Shown: positions 59,836 through 64,000 of the stretch, piece after piece | Numbering within the stretch: the stretch's first letter is position 1 | Layout: each line of letters opens with the position of its first letter | Origin: Vitrella brassicaformis CCMP3155 | Lineage: Eukaryota; Protista; Chromerida | Assembly: GCA_001179505.1 (NCBI GenBank) | Contig: CDMY01000869.1 | Location: forward strand, 179,452 to 243,451 | Length of the DNA stretch: 64,000 bases | Direction: 5' to 3' | Notes under the pieces: model-generated | The model's database searches: none | What the model was told of the DNA's origin: nothing | What the model saw: only the letters and a program-made list of their open reading frames with translations | Translations under genes and position numbers: made by a program

Positions 59836-61567
59836 ATGCTCAAAGCCATGGATGGGCTCATGTTGGTGCTGGTCTCTACACTCAGTCTGTGTGTGTCGTC
59901 TGTGCTATCATCTCGCGCTGTGCACATCTTCCATCGTTTGGACAACTCACTTGTTCCATCCATCAAGGCGCAAAACTCAGTGCCGTTCATCCGTAAGTGC
60001 CCTGTAACACGACGCCCAATCATGTGCGCTTCACAATGCTGTCGCGACATGCAGACAAGTGGCAGGCGGCGACTGGCAAGCTGAAAGCACAGTCATCGCA
60101 GTATTTCGGCCAGGTTTCAATCGGGTCACCGCCGCAGGCAAGAATATGTAGCAAATTGATACATACAGCACTTCTGTGTCTCCACTAAGGGATTTGCGCT
60201 CGTCTGCGTTTCCAATCGTCTGTGCAGGTGTTCGACTGTGTCTTCGACAGCGGATCTACGCATCTCTGGGTATGGAAGTTGGCTGTGCATTCCTCTCGCA
60301 TAATGCATGTCACTGCTCCAAATGAATGTCAGGTGCCGAGTGCGCGTTGCTCTGACAACGCCTGTCTCGTCCACTCACGATTCGATGAGACAAGGTCCAG
60401 CACTTTCCGGCACATCCGCCCAGCCCAACACACAACCATCCAATACGGTGGGAATTTGAAACACACACATCCATTCATTCATTCATCAATCGACGGATGT
60501 CTCTGTCCGTTCTCCTTACACAGGGACTGGTGAGGTGGAGCTCGAGCTGGGCATCGATCGTGTCGTGCTGTCCGGAGGCGTCGAGGTTCCCGAGCAGACA
60601 TTCGGCCTGGCCATCACACAGACAGACGCTCCCTTCGCCAACCTTCCCTTCGACGGACTCTGCGGTCTGAGTCCATCCATTGATCCCAACGTGCCTTCGC
60701 TCATGGACACTCTTCAGCAGCAGTCGCTGCTCGACCGGACGATGTTCACTGTCTACTTGGCCAAGGACCCCACTTACGGCGGGCGCATCACCTTCGGCTC
60801 GATCGACGAGAGTGCCATCCACCCAGGGCATACAATGACGTGGCTCAAGACGGTACGCATGCTGGCACGGCCAGACAGACAGCTTCGCGAACAAAGGTGT
60901 GCTGTGTCTCCACCTTCATCAGACATCATCATCCTTGTGGGAGGTCCACCTCGTGTCCGTCGCTGCCGACGGGGAGCCTGCCGATGTGTCGTGCAGCGTA
61001 TCGATGCCCTGCCGAGCAGTCATCGACACAGGCTCGAGCTCGATCTCCTTGCCCAGCACCGACATGAGGAAGTTGCGTCTAGTGCTAGGACCAGGAAGCA
61101 GCTGCAGTCGCCTCCCATCTCTCCCTGTCCTCAGATTCGTATTCGCAGACAACAGTGGTTGGTGTCACAAGAAAACGAGAGGACAACATTTGTCTGACCT
61201 GGTTTTCTGCGCCTGACACGGTGCGTCTTTGTGCAGGTGGGACGTTCACTGCAACTCTGTCTGGCGACGACTACACACTTCAGGGCGAAATGGTACTGAC
61301 ACACATGAACAGAGACACACAACCTCGTTACGTGTTGTTCATTCCAGGAGTGCGTGCCTTCATTCCTCGCGCTGGACGTGCCGCCACCTCGCGGACCTCT
61401 CTGGGCCTTCGGGGACGTCTTCCTGCGCAACTACGTGGCAGCGTTTGGTAGGTGCAAGACACAGTGTGCTTCTCTCTGGTGCGTGCTCATCTTGTCTGTG
61501 TCTCGGTTTGTGTGTGTATACAGACGCAGACACTCGACAAATCGGATTTGCTCTGGCAAACCATTGA
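59836..61567 (+). CDS. Secreted pepsin-family (A1) aspartic protease
   Basis: Signal peptide; YFGQVSIGSPPQ; catalytic FDSGS and IDTGS; flap IQY|GTG; FDGLCGL; WAFGDVFLRNY..FD; IGFA. TGA at 61565-61567. Confidence 0.92.
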
Positions 61568-61677
61568 ATGTGACCATTCATGAGTGAGTAACACACGAAC
61601 AGTTCGTCAACACATGTGAAAACCAGCACGAAAGGTCTCTCGGTGGCAACACCAACACGGACACTTCCGCCACATGA

Positions 61678-62468
61678 ATGAATCCTCTGGCACGGCACCT
61701 CTGTACACCTAGAGCTAGTCAAGTCAGCCTCCAGCCATGCTGCCTCCAGCACATATCAACATGCTCCGCCGAGTGGACAGCAGGTCATCTATCCTACCTA
61801 TCTATCTATCTACCTACCTATCTGGCTACCAGTCAGGCGTTGGCCTCGCCGCCCTCGTCAAAGGGGCTGTCTGGTGTATCCAAGCACACAGTTAACGAAC
61901 GACAGAAGATAGCGGCCAGTGAGCTGGCTGCAAGAAGGATGGCAGACTGAGTGACCACTTTGATCCGCCACGAGAGCAGTCACCGCATCGGTGCCCATCG
62001 ACAACGGACTCCTGATGCCCGTCGTGATCACTGCGGCGCTCATCACCATCAGTGGAGCAAACAACGGTTCGGATGGCGAGATTCACAATGATCTTTTCCA
62101 TATCTCGGTTTGGTTGTTCTTCTCGTCAGTCATCGGCATATGTCTAATGGTCTGGAGTGTGAGTGGTCTTCTTGCCGCGGCAGGTGGTCTCCCCTGGGCG
62201 GTGGCAGGCATCGTGCTGGCAGCGACCATCCATCTGCTCACAAACGTGAAGGTATGCCATAGGGATGAGTGAATGAGTGAATCTGTCTCATCCTCTCTCT
62301 CTCTCTCTCTCTCTCTGTCTGTGTGTGTGTGTGTGTGTGTGTCTGTGTGCGGGGCAGCTCATCTTTATGAGTCACGCCGATGATGACACGTCGCCGTATC
62401 AAGTCGACGACGCCGCGTACGTGAGCATGGTGAGCGGATGGATGGCGACACACAGGAAGTGCTCATAG
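61678..62468 (+). CDS. Small four-TM protein, possibly Vps68/TMEM50 (UPF0220)-like; ends uncertain
   Basis: Tentative splice EWTAG|VGLAALVKGAVWCIQAH|..GLLMPVVITAALITISG..SVWLFFSSVIGICLMVWSVSGLL..WAVAGIV..|LIFMSHADDD. TM spacing and the WLF and W-x-x-AG motifs resemble TMEM50/Vps68. Confidence 0.42.
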
Positions 62469-62711
62469 TGGTGAATGGCTGTGTGTGTGACATAGTGGCT
62501 CGCAACTGCCCTGTTCGAACTCGGTGAGCGGTTCTGAAGAACGCGGTGTGAAGCACGGACACGCAGAGATGAATGGATGGATGGCAGTGTGGATGGATGG
62601 ATGAATGGATGGATGGATGGATGGAAGGACAGATGGACAGACAGATGGATGGATGATGAGCCCCGATGCATCCTCGCCGTCATGTAAATTGGCTGCATCT
62701 GACCAGCGGTG

Positions 62712-63677
62712 ATGATAGTTTTCGCTTTCCTGGTCTTCCTGGCGGGCTGCAGTGCCGCGCCAATACGCGTGTTCGAGGTGGAATACATAGATGTCGGCGA
62801 GAGACTTGGCGGCTTCGACAAAAAAATGAACTCGCTGGACAAGACACTCAAGGAGGGCTACGTAATCGTGAAGGATGGGGAGCTGAAGCTGGTCTCGGAG
62901 AATTGGCGACTGTGCTACTCAGTGACGCCGCCAGGCGACCTGCGGGCTGAAACGTGAGAAAAATGCACGTGCAGAGCCATAGCGCTTGATGGTATGCTGT
63001 GGTGCAGCGAGAGCGGGTTCAACGAGGTGTTTGGTGACTCTGGATACACCATATTGTCGGTCGGGCGGGAACTGTTGGAGAAACCAACCCAAAAACAGGT
63101 GTGTGAGGGGAAGGGATGCGCTGCTTCATGGCATCGCTCTGGCGCCCGTTTGACCCAGGTGGTCGCACCCATGCTTATGCTGGAGGCTGAGGCCCACCGC
63201 GACAAGCTGCGTGTGAAGAAGACCATCGAGAAGGCACGCGGGAAGACCATCGGCAAGAAGGGCAAGAAGGCCATCGGCAAAAAGAGCGGAGGCAAGAAGG
63301 GGGGCGGCGGCCTGGCACCTGCCGATGATGTCGATGAGGAGGGAGAGCCAAGCGACAAGACGGCCAGCTGGGCGAAGATACAGGCAGCCATGCAGAGTGA
63401 GGAGCTGAAGGACCTGATGACGCCAAGCGCAGTAGAAATGCTCAGGGAGAACGTGGAGAAAGAGAAGGAGCTCACGGCCAAGCTATCGCCGCCGCCCGGC
63501 AATGTTTGGGCTGGGCAGATGAGCCACAGGGCGATTCAGATGATACGGATGATCCCCCTGCCTGAGGGGGTGAGGGAGGAAGACCAGCTGCCTGAGGTCA
63601 AAAAGTACCTTGAGGAGAACCCTGAGTGGGCGAGGTATGTAGACAAGCTGTGGGCAGAGGTCCCGCCTTTCTCTTAG
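62712..63677 (+). CDS. Secreted hypothetical protein with a Lys/Gly-rich segment
   Basis: Signal peptide MIVFAFLVFLAGCSA; two phase-consistent introns (62954-63007, 63099-63158); TAG at 63675-63677. Confidence 0.6.
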
Positions 63678-63694
63678 CCGGACAAATTGGCCAA

Positions 63695-64000
63695 TCATAA
63701 CGGCGGACTGATAGCATCAAATGGGCGCTTGGCGGCCGCCATGGTCTCGTCCGTGTTGCTAATGGTCGGCGTGACGCTCGTGCTGCCAAACCCGCCCTGA
63801 CCTCGGCTCGTCGCATCCAGCTCATCTACCATCTGACACACAAGACAATCGGGGAGATCAAGGGTGGACGAAGACACGTCGATGTGTCATGTGTCAGCTA
63901 TCCACGTACCTCGAATGTGATACTGTCGCCCTTGAAGGACACGGCCTGCACCAGGCGGTCGCCCTTCTTGACCGTGTAGTCCTCACCGCGGATGTTGTCC
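63695..64000 (-). CDS. DUT: dUTP diphosphatase (trimeric dUTPase), 3' part only
   Basis: DNIRGEDYTVKKGDRLVQ (motif 4 region), then after an intron DELDATSRGQGGFGST (motif 5), followed by a short C-terminal extension. Confidence 0.88.

Noticed and set aside
59836-61567. Aspartic protease as the plasmepsin V/ASP5 enzyme that cleaves the RRL linker
   Set aside because: It looks like a soluble pepsin-type enzyme with no C-terminal TM or nepenthesin-type insert; proximity alone is not evidence.
62712-62760. Bacterial lipobox-like LAGC in a signal peptide
   Set aside because: The gene has spliceosomal introns and host-like composition; a four-residue match is expected by chance.

Overview
Gene-dense, intron-rich, GC-rich eukaryotic genomic DNA. 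It is most consistent with a chromerid/chrompodellid alveolate such as Vitrella brassicaformis (inferred from microsatellite-filled short GT-AG introns, a bipartite plastid-targeting peptide, a PAN/Apple membrane protein, flagellar genes and an apicomplexan-style dUTPase). About 21 genes were reconstructed by manual splicing of the ORF track: a ~14.5 kb ATM kinase; a PAN/Apple type I membrane protein; a TauE/SafE transporter; a small plastid-targeted single-TM protein; a secreted Cys/Pro-rich protein; a degenerate myristoylated protein kinase (probable pseudogene); a fatty-acid-hydroxylase/sterol-desaturase family enzyme; a C2-domain protein; RSPH14; a ZC2HC1-like zinc-finger protein; a GH2 beta-mannosidase that appears fused in frame to a sialate-O-acetylesterase-type SGNH esterase (the most notable finding); a thioredoxin-like protein; a pepsin-family aspartic protease; a Vps68/TMEM50-like protein; a partial dUTPase; and several hypothetical or coiled-coil proteins. 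Many genes sit in very tight head-to-head pairs. There are two 300-N assembly gaps. No CRISPR array, rRNA, tRNA or transposon was recognised. All exon structures are by-eye predictions and were not checked against any database.
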